Below, piece after piece: positions 1 to 13,699 of a stretch of 64,000 bases of DNA (position 1 is its first letter; every line of letters begins with the position of its first letter). The DNA is from Octopus vulgaris. Its lineage: Eukaryota. The stretch covers positions 88,288,001-88,352,000 of the forward strand of contig OX597822.1 in the NCBI GenBank assembly GCA_951406725.2, in the 5' to 3' direction. Made by a program: the position numbers and the translations under genes. The notes under the pieces are model-generated. The model saw nothing but the letters and a program-made list of their open reading frames with translations. It was not told the origin of the DNA and did not search any database.

Positions 1-215
1 GTGTGTTCCCCTACAACCGCTTGACAACCGGTGTTGGTATATTTACGTCTCCGCCAAATTAGCGGTTCGGCAAAAGAAATTGATAGAATAAGTACTAGGC
101 TTAGTAAAAAAAATATAGTACTGGGGTCGATTCATTGGACTAAAATTCTTCAAGGCGGTGCCCCAGCATGGCCACAGTCTAATGATTGAAACCAGTAAAA
201 GAAAAAGATAAAAGA
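1..215 (+). mobile_element. 3' half of an abundant tRNA-derived SINE (family A)
   Basis: Matches the 3' segment (gcggttcggcaaaaga...gatagaataagtactaggctta...ggcggtgc(c/t)ccagcatggcc...agtaaaaga) of the full copies at 13228-13640, 22057-22492 and 52947-53347. Confidence 0.8.
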
Positions 216-330
216 AAGCTCAGTAATCGACGATTATACTTTGTTACTGCAATAAATTCGAAACTACGCTCCCTGCTGCAACCTATTCACTCATTCTCAA
301 ACACTTTTGTCATGTTCACAGCTCCGAATA

Positions 331-827
331 CCGTAAATCCTCGAGTATAGTCCGCCCTTGAGTATGATACGCAGGGGATTTTTAGGGGGCTGTATCCCTG
401 AAAAACCTAAACCTCGTGTATAATACGCACCCCATCTCTAACTTGAGTCAAGGAGGTCTATATAATGTCCTTGGTTTGTAAAAATGTATACGGTAACGTC
501 CTTTATTATTATTGTATATATAACATAATGCAAACGTGTAGCTTTTTTGTGCATTTTGTTAGCAGAAAATAAAGAAATAACAGTAATAACGTTTAATAAA
601 TGTTGCTTACTGCAAGTTATAACTTCATTGCTTTCAGGATTAGCTTAATGTATTTTCGCACCCGACATCACAAAATGCGTCGGAATAAACATTGCCGGAC
701 AGCAAATAGAGACTCGGACATTGCTTAGAAAATAATTTTCCCTTTTAACCTCGTATATAGTACGCACCAGGGATTTTGACCTTTAAATTTGGGGGAAAAA
801 ATGCGGATTATACTCGAGGATTTACGG
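331..827. mobile_element. Tc1/mariner/pogo-superfamily MITE (~500 bp), copy 1
   Basis: TIRs ccgtaaatcctcgagtata...tatactcgaggatttacgg flanked by TA on both sides; a near-identical copy lies at 19622-20134. Confidence 0.9.
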
Positions 828-2713
828 TATGTTGCCGTTAGACCTGCATCTTTAAAACTCACACAGCGACTACGCTTCTTGGTGATTGATTCGGGCTAGT
901 GTATTTGGGTAGATGGTGATGTACCGAATAACGTACACAAGCATCATTCTAAAGGAATTGAAAGTGGGAAAAAGAAAACTCCCGGAGGTGATTGTTTGCT
1001 ACTCTCGAAGAAGGAGTACAAAATATTTTGCGAAGGAGTGGGGAAATGGGAATGTCCAGTGCTAACCTGGAGCTAAGCAACAACAACTACAACTACATTG
1101 ACAAAAGACCCCCACTGTTCCTCCCACTTAGTAAGCATGTAGCGCGCGCTAAATCACACACGCGAAAATAGCAGCCTCAAAACCCTCATTAGTCTCCAAA
1201 CACTGTATTGGAATGTAGCAACAAAAACCAAACATTAATCTCACTAACGTTAATTGATTATTCCTATCTGACAATCTAATTAAAAACCACTTGATCACTG
1301 TCCTGCCTCCGCTGACCACTAAATAAATATATTTGTATGAGCTGTTTGGGTGGACATAGACTGCAATGAATGACTGTGTCCCTCACATATCTAATTAGTC
1401 ACTAATTTCGTGAATTAGGTGTCATTTTGTATTTTTGTTTTTATTTTTGTTTTTAAACTTTTGAGTCAGAGAGTTAGCGGGCCGAGTTAAAGTTAAACTC
1501 TTATAAAAGTCATTTGATACAAAGGTCGAAATATATCTAAGAAAAAAAGAAGAAAAAACCTGTCCTATCGAGTTTTGTAATCTTTCTAATTAGTTGCGGA
1601 GGGGGATTATTGAGCTCAATTAAAATCACCAAAACGAACTATTTGAAGCAACACGTAAATTCCCAATGATAGCGTATATCCTATTTTAAGTCATTATTTA
1701 AATGTCTAGACTAACATTGGGGAAAAAAAATCAAGCAAAATTATGCATGCATAAAAAAAGTTTCAAATTATTTTTCAAGTTGCTTTCCACATTTAAAAAT
1801 AAACTTGCCTTTTGAATAAATACCACGGCGCTTCCTCGGTCGCATGGCTGACAACGAGTCTTTCAGACACAATTGGGTTGATGTTTGATAACGATGTTTC
1901 TCTCGACATACGAAACTAAATGGTTTAAGATGATCATTTAATCTAGAACCAGCTCTAGTACGGTTCATTCTCTCAGTATGAAGGGTATTTTGAATAGTTT
2001 ACATTCTAACCAGGCGTGTAAAATAAGTTGGTGGATTTTATAACTCTATACATATATAAAAATAGAAAGGAATGATATAAATATCAGTTATAGTAAAACT
2101 GTTCTGACTCAAATAATTATTAACGCTTCTTATAACAGGGTAAGGTTGCATTACTTTCCGAATGAAAAATGGAATGTCGAAGCAAGAGTAATTCGTTCAG
2201 AAAATTATATCTGTTAAAAATAATTAGATATCAATGCTGGCGCATAACGCCTCAGTAGAAGTTAGTAACAAATGTTAATCAATCAATGATTGGTTAAATG
2301 GATTTTCTTGATTTTCTGGTTAATTACAAAAATTATCGAATAGCTCGGATTTGTTATAAGGAATGACGCCTCCTCGTCTATTTTCAATGCGATGGAAGGC
2401 ATAAATCTGGCTTCGAAGATGGCAAATAAACTTAATAGGGTGAAGTGAAGGTTAATGTGGGAGTAAATAGATCGGTTTGATAGATTAGAAATGCTTTTTA
2501 ATCAGTTTTCTTCATCACCTGAATCTCTCTCTCTTTCTCCCTATCTATCTCTTCACATTCTGTCCAAATTTTGGTCACATACGGCAGTGCATTATTTTCC
2601 CCAAAAGGGGAACTTCTCTGGATCTATTGACTAACGACTTATCACCCTCAACTTCAACATCCAATACATGACAGAAATAATCTCTCTCTCTCCTTCTCTC
2701 AATCTCCCTCTCT

Positions 2714-2755
<42 letters not shown>

Positions 2756-4234
2756 ATATATCAGAACACACAGTTGCTGTCTTTCACATAAACAAAACCT
2801 TTCACCATGTTTGGTATGAGAACTTCCTGTTAAGATGTTTGTCTATTTCTGATCTTTCACATTTCGTAGATAAAGATGTAAATGTGCTGTATAAGAAGGA
2901 AGAGATAGATCTTGATATATAGCAGACATGCAAACAACATTGTATGTTGGCTTCAATGGACATATTTTTCTTTTGCTGCTCTCGCTATTAGTACCTCTTT
3001 TATTACAATTTCCTTTTATAGATATCTGTGTGTGTGTGTGTGGGGGTTATATCTCCATATCCATATCTGTATATGTGTGTGAGGATGAAAATAAGATGTG
3101 CACATTGAGTTTTGGCACGCTTATGCAAATGGCATTCACTGCGAGTTTTTGCCTTAAAGAACGAATTTCTTCCTGTAAACTTTGTGCGTCTAGATGTTAA
3201 GATCCAAACGGCATCAGCCGACAATTGGAAGCCGGTGTTTCGGCATAATTTCATTTCCTCGGTGGTAGATGCCGCCTCAAGTCACTTGGCGCTTGACAAG
3301 AACTTTTGATTTTAAATAGAAAACAGCAAACAAAATATTATGACAAAAAGTTTATAAGAAGAAATCCGTTCGCCGAAACAAAGCGCCGCAGCGAATTCCA
3401 TTCACGTTATAATGCGTAGGAACGTGTTAAAATAAGTGTACACATCATTATTAACAGTGATTAAGGTGTCAGTCATGACTTGAATTATCTCATCTGGAAT
3501 GGTTTACATATTTAAATTATTTAAATTTCACTTGTATTCACTTTGTTTCTGAGTAGGAATATTGCATACATGGTATTATTTGAATAACTTAGACATTCAC
3601 GTATATGTAGGAATTATCACAAGTTTAGGTCTTTAACAAGTTCAAATGTATCCATTGTTGCAATTATATTAAATATTGCAGCTTTACATTTTATGCGTGC
3701 TAGACAAATCTCTTACCTGTGATTTTGCTATTGCAAATAATCTTTGTTATCCCATCTACTTCAATACCCCACGGAAAACTATGCAAACGAATCACATTTT
3801 AACCTAAATATTTATAGAAAATTTTATGATATAAAGGGTAGTCCTTTTAAAGTTCTTTCGTAAATGTAAATGTTCTTTTCGGCATAGTAAAAGTAAATAA
3901 CAATAAATGAAAAATCAATGAAAGTAAAAATAAATTAATAATTTTATTTTAATGTTTCAATGTAAATTGAATCATTAATAATTCAATGTAAAAAAATAAA
4001 ATTCCGGAAATGAGCAAAAGTACAATATATGGTCAAATGCCGATATTATATCATGTAGAAAAGATAGAAAAATCCACACGGTTTTTTTTTGCACTCATTA
4101 AAAGCGGTTCTTTCATAACGCTCAACATAAAAACAAATTAATAACCTTTATTGTCAAACTAGATTAAAAATATTTTTAAAATATTATTTCGCAAAAAATG
4201 TAAGAGAATTTCAAACAGGCCTGGATAACTTTTC

Positions 4235-4309
<75 letters not shown>

Positions 4310-4324
<15 letters not shown>

Positions 4325-4699
4325 CTGAGATATATATAAAGCTGAGAATGTGTGTCAGTCTGTCTGTCTGTCTGAATGTGTGCATCACTAAAACTCGAGA
4401 ACTACCCAACGGATTTCATTCAAATTTTACACATGCCTTATTTAGGGTCCATGCAGTGTCATGGGCCAAAAACATTTTCAGCTTCTTGCCTAATGCAAGC
4501 CTGGTACAATCTCTTATCTCTTACGCTGTTTCCATATTACGTGTCAAAAATGCAACAATAACATCTCTATTAATACTTTCACTATTATATGATTCCAGTT
4601 TCAATTACTTTCATTATGCATCTGTATATACTAGTTTCATTTCTGTTATTTTTAATATGTATTTATATATGTTTGTATATGTATGCATGTATATGTATG

Positions 4700-4764
<65 letters not shown>

Positions 4765-4969
4765 GTATATATGTATGCATGTATTTATATATATATATAT
4801 ATTAATAGATGTATATATATGTGTGTGTGTATGTGTATATATATATATGTGTATATATGTGTGTATATATATATATGTGTGTATATATATATATGTATAT
4901 TTATATATATGTATATATATATATATATATTATATATATATGTATATATATATATGTATATATGTATGC

Positions 4970-5041
<72 letters not shown>

Positions 5042-5343
5042 GTGTGTGAAGAAAGAAGACTGTTGTATGTATGTGTATATTTGTGTGTGTGTCTGTTTCT
5101 GTGTTTGTACCCTTCCCCGTTGCTTGACAACCGATGTTGCTGTGTTTACGTCCCCATAACTTAGTGATTCGGCAAAGAACACTGATAGAATAAGTACTAG
5201 GCTTACAAAGAATAAATCCTGTGGTCAATTTCTTTGTCCAACTGTAGTGCTCCAGCATGGCTGCAGACACATAACTGAAACAAGTAAAACAATAAAAAAA
5301 CTATGCCATTTTAATCTCGAGCAAGGCCGGGTATCTCTGCTAG
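4310..5343 (+). mobile_element. Non-autonomous Helitron with internal microsatellite and nested SINE fragment (~5040-5300)
   Basis: 5' atataaagctgagaatgtgtgtc... is shared with the 28625 copy; 3' hairpin (ctcgagcaaggccggg) then CTAG|T. The 5' end is blurred by (TA)n. Confidence 0.7.
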
Positions 5344-5509
5344 TATATATATATCTCACAATTCTAAAGATAATCATGCCACCCATACACGTAACAAGCA
5401 CAATAATCTTCGATCGAATAATAGTAAATATGGATGAAGAGCTCACGGTGAATACCCGAACCCCGAGCCTCCCACTAACACACCAAATCCGGGACCACCT
5501 ATATTTGCT

Positions 5510-5860
5510 GTCGAAGCTTAGCGGTATTTCGTCCTTTACATTCTTCTGAGTTCAAATGCCGCCAAAGTCGACTTTGCCTTTCAATTCTTTCAGGATCGAT
5601 GAAGCAAGTATCAGTTGATTGCGGGGTGGGGGGAGTTGACGTTATAGACTATACCCTTCTCCAAAACTGCAAGCCTTGTGCCGAACGTAGCCACATTTCT
5701 TCCCACTCTGTACGTTTTGAGTTCAAATTCCACTGAGATCGACTTTCGATTTCATCCTTTCGGGATCTATAAATAATAGTACCAGTTGAGCTCCGAGGTC
5801 CATGTACTCGACTGCCCATCCTTTTAGAATAATTGTCCTTGTGCTAAAATTTAAAATTAT
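5510..5860 (+). mobile_element. Two degenerate SINE copies (family B)
   Basis: ctgagttcaaat...gtcgactttgcctttca.tc.ttt...gatcgat motifs match copies at 13950-14690 and 14925-15157. Confidence 0.6.
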
Positions 5861-6681
5861 GATTATCAAAGCTAAAATACTCTTAAGTTGACAAAGGCCA
5901 GACCTAGAAAGTTCATGAGATCTTTGCATGATTCTGTGAAGCTGTCCCTTATCCATGATATTTGAACATTGAAACAAAGGTTACACTGAAAAAATACAGG
6001 AACAGCCATCAAATGATAACACTGGGGAACAAATTTTAAAAAGCTTTTTTGATGCCACAGATTTTAGACCCGATTCCAGGTACATTTACGCCACTGAATA
6101 AAAGAATATGACCTTCATTTGTGTCTAACAGCTCTAGTTTTTGGGATAATGCAACGTGATTGCCTTGGGCAATTCATCACAGGAAGTCTCTGAAATGCTG
6201 GTTTCGTGAGACGTCTGACAAAATGAATATTGTATCAATGATAACTTTCTTGACTTGATTCACTGTTATCTGATTCTATGGTTGTCATTTAAACATATTG
6301 TATAAAGCCATTTTTTTTTTTATCCAAGGGGCAACAATAATGATTTGTTGTCATCAATCTTTGTGCCTGATTAGTTGCATGTATAGCATATCTCGATAAT
6401 CAGAGCTGATGGAGAAAAACTGAAGATATACTTAGACTCAATGACCAGAATTTATCTAAGGAGAGGTCTAATATCTCAGGCGCCAAATTCTATGTTCCCC
6501 ACTGCAATATGACGCTTGTATATAGAGGAAGCCCAAAAGAATTTAAACTTTGCAACGAAATGTGTAACAGATTTGATTATAAACTTGTGTGAAATAAATA
6601 CGAAGATCATCGCTGTTTCTACAACACAAAGAATGTGTTTAAGTGACGACCAGTGCGGTAATCAATTCAAGCAGTCCTTTC

Positions 6682-7278
6682 GGCAAGACTTCCGCCCATC
6701 TCCACCCAAAAACTACCCTTTAAAAAAAAATTTTTTTCGACCCCCCCCCCCCCTTTCGGCTACGGGGAATACGAATCTGCAAAAAAATTGGCGAAAATCG
6801 GCATTTTTAAATTACCCCCACCCCTATTTCCTTCATTTCTTACTTTTTTCAGAATTTCTTTTTCAAAACACGCAGAAAAATACGGAGATTATGATTCTGA
6901 GAAAAATTTATAAACATTTTTGTAAAATTTTTTTTAATAATTTTTTTTCTAAATATGCGGAAAAATACGGACATTATGATTCGGACAAAAGTTCAAAACA
7001 TTTCTGTAGTTACGGTTAGGGTTAGGGTTAGGGTTTTAGGGTTAGGGTTAGGGTTAGAGTTTTATGGTTAGGGTTAGGGTTAGAGTTTTATGGTTAGGGT
7101 TAGGGTTAGTGTTGGGGAAAAAAGTCAAAATTGAAGAATTTGGGAGGGAAGGTGGGAAAATTTAACAAGGCCAATCTTTGGAAATTTTGCGGAACGGGAG
7201 TTTTGACAAAAAAAAATATTGAAAAAAATAAGCAAATTTGGGAGAAAATGGTGGCGGGAGACGAGCGGAAGTCTTTGC
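6682..7278. mobile_element. TIR element with 8-bp TSD carrying an internal (TTAGGG)n array
   Basis: TIRs ggcaagacttccgcccatctcc / ggagacgagcggaagtctttgc; flanks gtcctttc / gttctttc (7/8); telomeric array at ~7012-7110. Confidence 0.7.
7012..7110 (+). repeat. Interstitial telomeric repeat (TTAGGG)n with variant units
   Basis: ggttagggttagggttagggttttagggttaggg... read directly. Confidence 0.95.
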
Positions 7279-7556
7279 GTTCTTTCAGGTTTGCAAAATA
7301 AATTTTCGAAAAGAATGCAAATATTCCGTGTATTAAGAAATGCAATTCAACTCAGATCTTTACTGAAATTTATCCGGTTCCACTTAATCGTGCAGTCTAC
7401 CTGGCTGTTTGCACTTTAGCGTGCAGTCTAACCTTGACTCTTATGCTCTAACTTTAAACCTAACCGTAAACCCTAATCCTAAACCCTAATCCTAAACTTT
7501 AAACCCTAACTGTAAACCCTCGCCATAACTCGAAACGCTAACCCTAATCCTAACAC

Positions 7557-7590
<34 letters not shown>

Positions 7591-7605
7591 GACAGACAGA
7601 TACAG

Positions 7606-7662
<57 letters not shown>

Positions 7663-8445
7663 TTCTTTACAATTCATTCTCCCTCTTAGATAAAGAGAAG
7701 GCCTTTATCACCAAGCCATATGAATTTACACAATCTTCACAAACTTCACTCTACAATTTTATACCAATCAAGACATCCCTGTCCAATCAACACCACCTGT
7801 TACATCATTTTTTTCTAGTTTGTTGTAGCTAAACTTATATCACCCAATGTGTTTTCCTTTTTATCATTTCTTTCTTGCTTTTTCTTTTTTTTGTTACAGA
7901 TGGTAGGGTGTGATGTTAGTGGAATTTGGTTACTGATTCTCACAGGTCGAGTGATTACGCCAGTGCCTCCCTCATTAACTCACATAGGAACTCCTTTACT
8001 GGTGACATTAAATGCACAACGTCGTTTCTTTTTCAATTACTAGTTTCATACGTCCCTCCAAGTCCTACGACGACCACCACCACCTCTATCACCACTACCA
8101 CCATCAACATCACATGTTCATTCCTTTTCCAGGTAACCTAGGTGCTGTCTCAGTCAGCAGTTGTACTAATAATTAATCAATTACAATTACATCTGTATCG
8201 CATCGACTGGAAAATTGCAATGTACTAACAAGCTAAATGAGTAATTCTAATATGACTGGGTATTTTCACTTATTGGTGACCGCAGCAAACGGTGTCCGGG
8301 AAAAACGGACTTAACCAGATGTCGGTATGAGATGACGGTGGGTGGCGTGGAGTATGATAGAGCCAACAATCAACTAGCCCTTTTATATTATGGTATAAGT
8401 GTATTCTGTATACTTAGATAAGTATATCCCTACAAGACAGCTTAA

Positions 8446-8488
<43 letters not shown>

Positions 8489-8518
8489 GTGGGATATATA
8501 CATACATACATACATACA

Positions 8519-8589
<71 letters not shown>

Positions 8590-8604
<15 letters not shown>

Positions 8605-8982
8605 TGAGGTTGTGTGGTGCTTGTCTCCTACGATTTAGATTCCTAACTACTCCCACATTTTGCAGTGCAGTTTAACCAAAAGTGGGTATCTTATAGTCGT
8701 GATTCATATCGAGCCCTTCTGGGTATTAGCGCGCGTCTACGATGAGTCTACGATTTTAAAAAAAAATTACCATCATTTTTTCCCATTTTTAATGCATTTT
8801 TGGCATATATAAGGGAAGTAACTCTCTAAAAATGTATCATTAAATCTCAGAACGTAAAAAGCTACAGTAACACCCCCCTTTGTGGTTAGCCATATTGAGA
8901 TGGCTATTATACTTTACATTTCTAAAATTGCTTATATAGTTATTTCCCTTACAAACCCGAGCAACGCCGGGCGATACTGCTA

Positions 8983-8983
<1 letters not shown>
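8590..8983 (+). mobile_element. Non-autonomous Helitron in (TA)n
   Basis: 3' end cccgagcaacgccgggcgatactgCTAG|T; same family as 55244-55874. Confidence 0.8.
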
Positions 8984-9038
<55 letters not shown>

Positions 9039-9460
9039 TGTAATGGAAAAAGCTGCTTATTAATTAGGGATGTAACAATTACCAAAAGTACTAAAAGAAA
9101 GCAATTATTAAAGGGTTGACCGTCTGGAAATATTTTTATAAATTCATGTCCTAAGAAATGTCCTATAATTTCGATTTCTCAAGTTTATTGAATTTTTTTA
9201 ACTCCAATTTTTCGTAAATTTAAATATTCACTGCATTCACTGCGGAGTATTCCATTTTCATTTGCAAAGTCTCTCACTTTCTCTTTTAAGTTTTAATTCG
9301 CTATTAATGTGTACGTAATGTAAAAATATTATATATTGGATGAAAATTTTTTAAAATACCCGTATAATTTTTGAACGCGGGATAGCTGTGAGAAGAGCCC
9401 AGAAAGTTGGGTAATTACTATTAGAAGACGAGGACTTTCAAATCCACTTGCCTACATACA

Positions 9461-9491
<31 letters not shown>

Positions 9492-9492
9492 C

Positions 9493-9543
<51 letters not shown>

Positions 9544-9553
9544 GCATACATAT

Positions 9554-12500
9554 ATCTACATAACAGCCCACTAACTATTCTACCTGTATATAAATATAAA
9601 CTGTGGGTATGGGGATATGATTACCTGCTAAGTATGTTTCCTATTTAGTACTGAGGATGTTTCATTGATGAGGATGTACTCCTATATTTGTCTGAGGGTT
9701 GGGTCCTTTGGATGCTTGGATAAAATACGAATGTCAAGTTGATCCAGATTGCCTCCATGTTGGTCCTTGGCATGTTGGTTAGGCATGGAGGACTGTTTTG
9801 TGTCGTCATATTGTTTCAAATGTTCATTTAGTCTTTCCGCAATGCTCGTAGATGTCTCCCCTATGTATGTCATGTTCATGTCTTTACATGCACCTTCTAT
9901 GCATCGTATGCCGTGGTCTGCATTTCTAGTTCTACAGTTAATGCCAGGGCTAATCCTACATACCATGCAGTCATCATTGGGGCATATAGTATTCTCAAAG
10001 GGGTACGTCCTATATAGTTGTGATTTAATGGAGTTCTCTGGCTTTTCAACAAGCTTAATGTTGAACTCGGTCTCCTTCAGAGCTTTCCTAAATCTACGGG
10101 CTAGTTCTCCATGGGCTGCGGCCTCTACAAACATCACCCCTTGATATTTGTCGGTTTTATACCACGTGTTCACCCTGCTTGCTTTGTCCTAAGCTCTTTG
10201 TATCCTATTCCAGTCCTTGCTTCTATATTCAGGGCAGGTACCACTGGTTTCATTACATATAATGTTATCTAACTTCTTTCTAGCACCCCTGTATACTCGA
10301 ACCCTATCTTTCTGATCATATTCAGAGAATTGCATGAGGTGCATGAAGTTCTGTACATGTTTCTTCGTTACATAGAGTTTGCATAGAGGGGACACGTTGT
10401 TCATTATCCTAAGTCTGCTATCAGTATGTTAATTTTCATGTTGTGTGACAAAGCTGAGTTCTTGTGAACAACATATTGCGAAGCTATGGGTTTCATGTAA
10501 TAGGAGTGGAGGAGCTGCACTCACAGTCTCTAACCAAAGTTCAGTATCAAGGACAGGGAGTCTATTTTGTAGTACTTAGTTGGATAATCTATAGTTACCT
10601 TGATACTTTGGTGGATGGAGTTAGCTACTTGCCGGATGCTCTCCATTATGTTCCTCTCAGTTTCTACACTACCGTTACTAGAGTCGGTCTTAACAAGGAT
10701 ATTAATGTCGTCTACATACCTACTGTAAAGTAGAAGAGTTGTGGACTGCTCTGCTAAGGATTGCTTAAGTTTTCTGCTGCACCGGGTCATGAAGAGGCCG
10801 ACCACATCTGCAGCTACACCGACACCAATGGCTGCACCTTGAACCTGCATGCATAGTTTCTTGTTAAACTTTACCATGTGGTTCTTCAAGGTGGTTCTTA
10901 CGCTAGCCCCTATTGCATGTGCAATCATTCCTTTCACCTGATTGTTGTTCTCAGGGTCTTGGGTGGGTACGTCCAGCCACTCCAGCTCTGCGGTGCTTTT
11001 CTACATTGCTGAGGTGATAGTGGGTGGTATTCCCCTCTGTGACCTGGTGAGGTATAATCTACTGAGGTCATGGTCGTCTAAATAGTCACTGTCGCAGCTT
11101 AGTCTAAAGAGGAGGCCCAGTTCCCTCGTGTTGGCTCCACGGAACTCTACTTCACTCTCACAGATTATCTCAATGCATTTTTCCACAGCAAAATCTATGT
11201 CTATAGATGGGTAGAGTGAAATCACATCCATACTACCCACTACACAACCTGTGAGGTCGTTGGAGTGGCTGCAAGTACTGATTTTACTGAGATCTTCCGT
11301 GCTCATACAAACATCTGGGGATCGTAATACCTGTGAGATGAAGTAGAGCATTCTATAATTGCTGGAGATATTCGCTCCGCAAATGGTCGGGTTGGGGGGC
11401 CCATGACAGGGTTTATTAGGGTTTATGCGTAACCCGTATATTGTAGGAACATCATTGTTGGATGCTTGGAAATTGTATGCAGTCCGTTTCTTAGGTTGGA
11501 GTATGTTGCATCACATTCCCATGTGTGCATTGAGGAGTTTTTCCACTCTTTCATGTTCTTGTGGTGTAACCTCTCTCATGCTACTGATGTGTTGTTGCAT
11601 GGTCTGTACATAGTTCTGTGGGATGTCTGTTGACAGTCTGCCAGACTTGTCTGTAGGAAGGCACACTAATTCCCTGTTCCTAATTCGCTGATTCAGTTTT
11701 TTAGGCCTTTGACAACAGTTGGTGGGTCCCCTCCTCATCATGTTTTTTAGTGGATTTGTTGAACCGGTCTAAGATGTGTCGGAGCCTATTTCTAGCTAAG
11801 GAGAGCTTTGCTTCTGTTTCACTGTCAATTTCGGGTGGGATACATGCCCTTTTGTTGAAGGGTAAGTCTGTGGGGGGTAGATCCTTGTCATGTCACAAGA
11901 TTTGTTGTTAGGGTTATAGAAGACCGAGTGTACAGTGTTATTATCGTTGTGGTTGTTGTTGTTATAGTTGCTGGCATTGTTGTTGCTATTGGTGGTGGTG
12001 GTGGTGGTTGTGTTGTGCCCATTGTTGTTGTTGTTGTGGGTGGTGTTGCTGTTGGTGTTGATGTAGGTGGTGTTGTTATTAGCGGTGTGGATGATGTGGT
12101 TGGTATTCTTGTCTGTGTGTGGGATCTTGTTGTCATTGTTGCTGTTGCTATTATCACCGTTATTGCTGTTATTATAATAGTTGTTTCGGTTTCGTATGCT
12201 TGTGTTATTGTTGTCATAGTTGTATGAGTGGGGAATGTTGTGGTTATCATTTTTGTTATTGTTATTGCCACTATTATTGTTGTCATCAACATCGCTATTG
12301 TTAGGCAATATGACGACAAAAAAACAGTCCTCCATACGCAACCAACATGCCAGGGATCAACATGGAGGCAACCTGGGTCAACTTGACATCCGCATTTTAT
12401 CCAAGCACCCTAAGGACCCAACCCTCAGACAAATGCAAGAGTACGTCCTCATAAATGAAACATCCCCAGTACTAAATAGGAAACATACGTAGTAGGTAAT

Positions 12501-12563
12501 CATACCCCTACCCACAGTTTATATTTATATACTCGTAGAATAGTTGGTGGACTGTTATGTAGA
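9554..12563 (-). mobile_element. Decayed Penelope-like retroelement (RT + GIY-YIG endonuclease) with inverted terminal repeat
   Basis: Frameshifted ORF pieces carry PTDKSG, SMDVISLYPSI, QVQGAAIG and YSRYVDDI (RT), a Cys-rich linker, and YIGETSTSIAERLNEH (GIY-YIG). 12306-12563 is an inverted copy of 9554-9813. Confidence 0.9.
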
Positions 12564-13118
12564 TGTATGTGTGTGTGTGTCTGTGTGTGCAGGTATATGT
12601 ATATGCGCATGTATGTAGGCAAATGGATATGAAAATAAACAAATAGACATACAAACGGCTAGGTACATAGATAATATGAACAGACAAGCACACATACGCA
12701 CATACATATGCAAATGAAGACTGAAACACATGACCATATACACACACATTTCACTTCACGCAAGGACACATATGGAGACACACATCCACACAACCATACA
12801 TACAGACACTGCACATAGTCACAAAAACCCATACACACACACACACACACACACGCACACTCAGACATACACATAGAAACATATAAACACGAACGTACAA
12901 ACACACAAACACATGAATACGCAGACTACATACATACAAATGTACACATACACATGCATATTTACATATGCACACACACACATATACATACATGCATACA
13001 CACGCTTACATGCATACATACATGCATACATACATACAAACATACATACATACATACATACATAAACACACACATGCATACATACATACATACATACATA
13101 CATACATACATACATACA

Positions 13119-13149
<31 letters not shown>

Positions 13150-13227
13150 GCGCGCACACACTGACCCTCACACATGCGCACAAACAAACAACAAGAACGC
13201 AGCGTGGATAACGGACAGAGTCAACTA

Positions 13228-13640
13228 CTCTTTACTCTTCTTACTCTTTTACTTGTTTCAGTCACTTGACTGCGGCCATGCTGGAGCACCGCCTTTAGTC
13301 GAAGAAATCGACCTACAGGACTTATTCTTTGTAAGCCTAGTACTTATTCTATCGGGCTCTTTTGCCGAACCGCTAAGTTATGGGGGACATAAACACACCA
13401 GCATCGGTTGTCAAGTGATGTTGGGGTGGGGACAAACATAGACACACAAACACACACAAATATATATACATATATACGACGGGCTTCTTTCAGTTTCTGT
13501 CTTCCAAATCCACTCACAAGACTTTGGTCGGCCCGAGGCTATAGTTGAAGCCACTTGCCCAAGGTGCCACGCAGTGGGACTGAACCCGGAACCATGTGGT
13601 TGGTAAGCAAGCTACTTACCACACAGCCACTCCTGCGCCT
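13228..13640 (-). mobile_element. Full-length tRNA-derived SINE (family A) with internal microsatellite
   Basis: Minus-strand head aggcgcaggagtggctgtgtggtaag (A box) ... ggttcagtccc (B box), central ttgggcaagtg block, (agagta)-like tail. Confidence 0.85.
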
Positions 13641-13699
13641 ATTGAAAAGGTTGCAAAACGCAACGAAAATTTTAGAAAAATAAATAAGTAAAGGAGTGG

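Noticed and set aside
863-948. Minus-strand exon-like segment with strong polypyrimidine/AG acceptor and gtgagt donor
   Set aside because: Splicing from the phase-1 upstream donors gives an immediate TGA; open only in phase 0 with no recognisable protein. Cannot be supported without RNA-seq.
4249-5270. Long ORFs of YI/CV/HT repeats here and at many other sites (e.g. 12500-13440, 31580-32080, 43075-43635, 54430-54930)
   Set aside because: Translations of (TA)n, (TG)n and (TATG)n microsatellites, which lack stop codons.
6516-7345. ORFs of 167 aa and 79 aa, and the idea of a true telomere or chromosome fusion site
   Set aside because: They lie within a TIR/TSD-bounded non-autonomous element; the array is short and internal.
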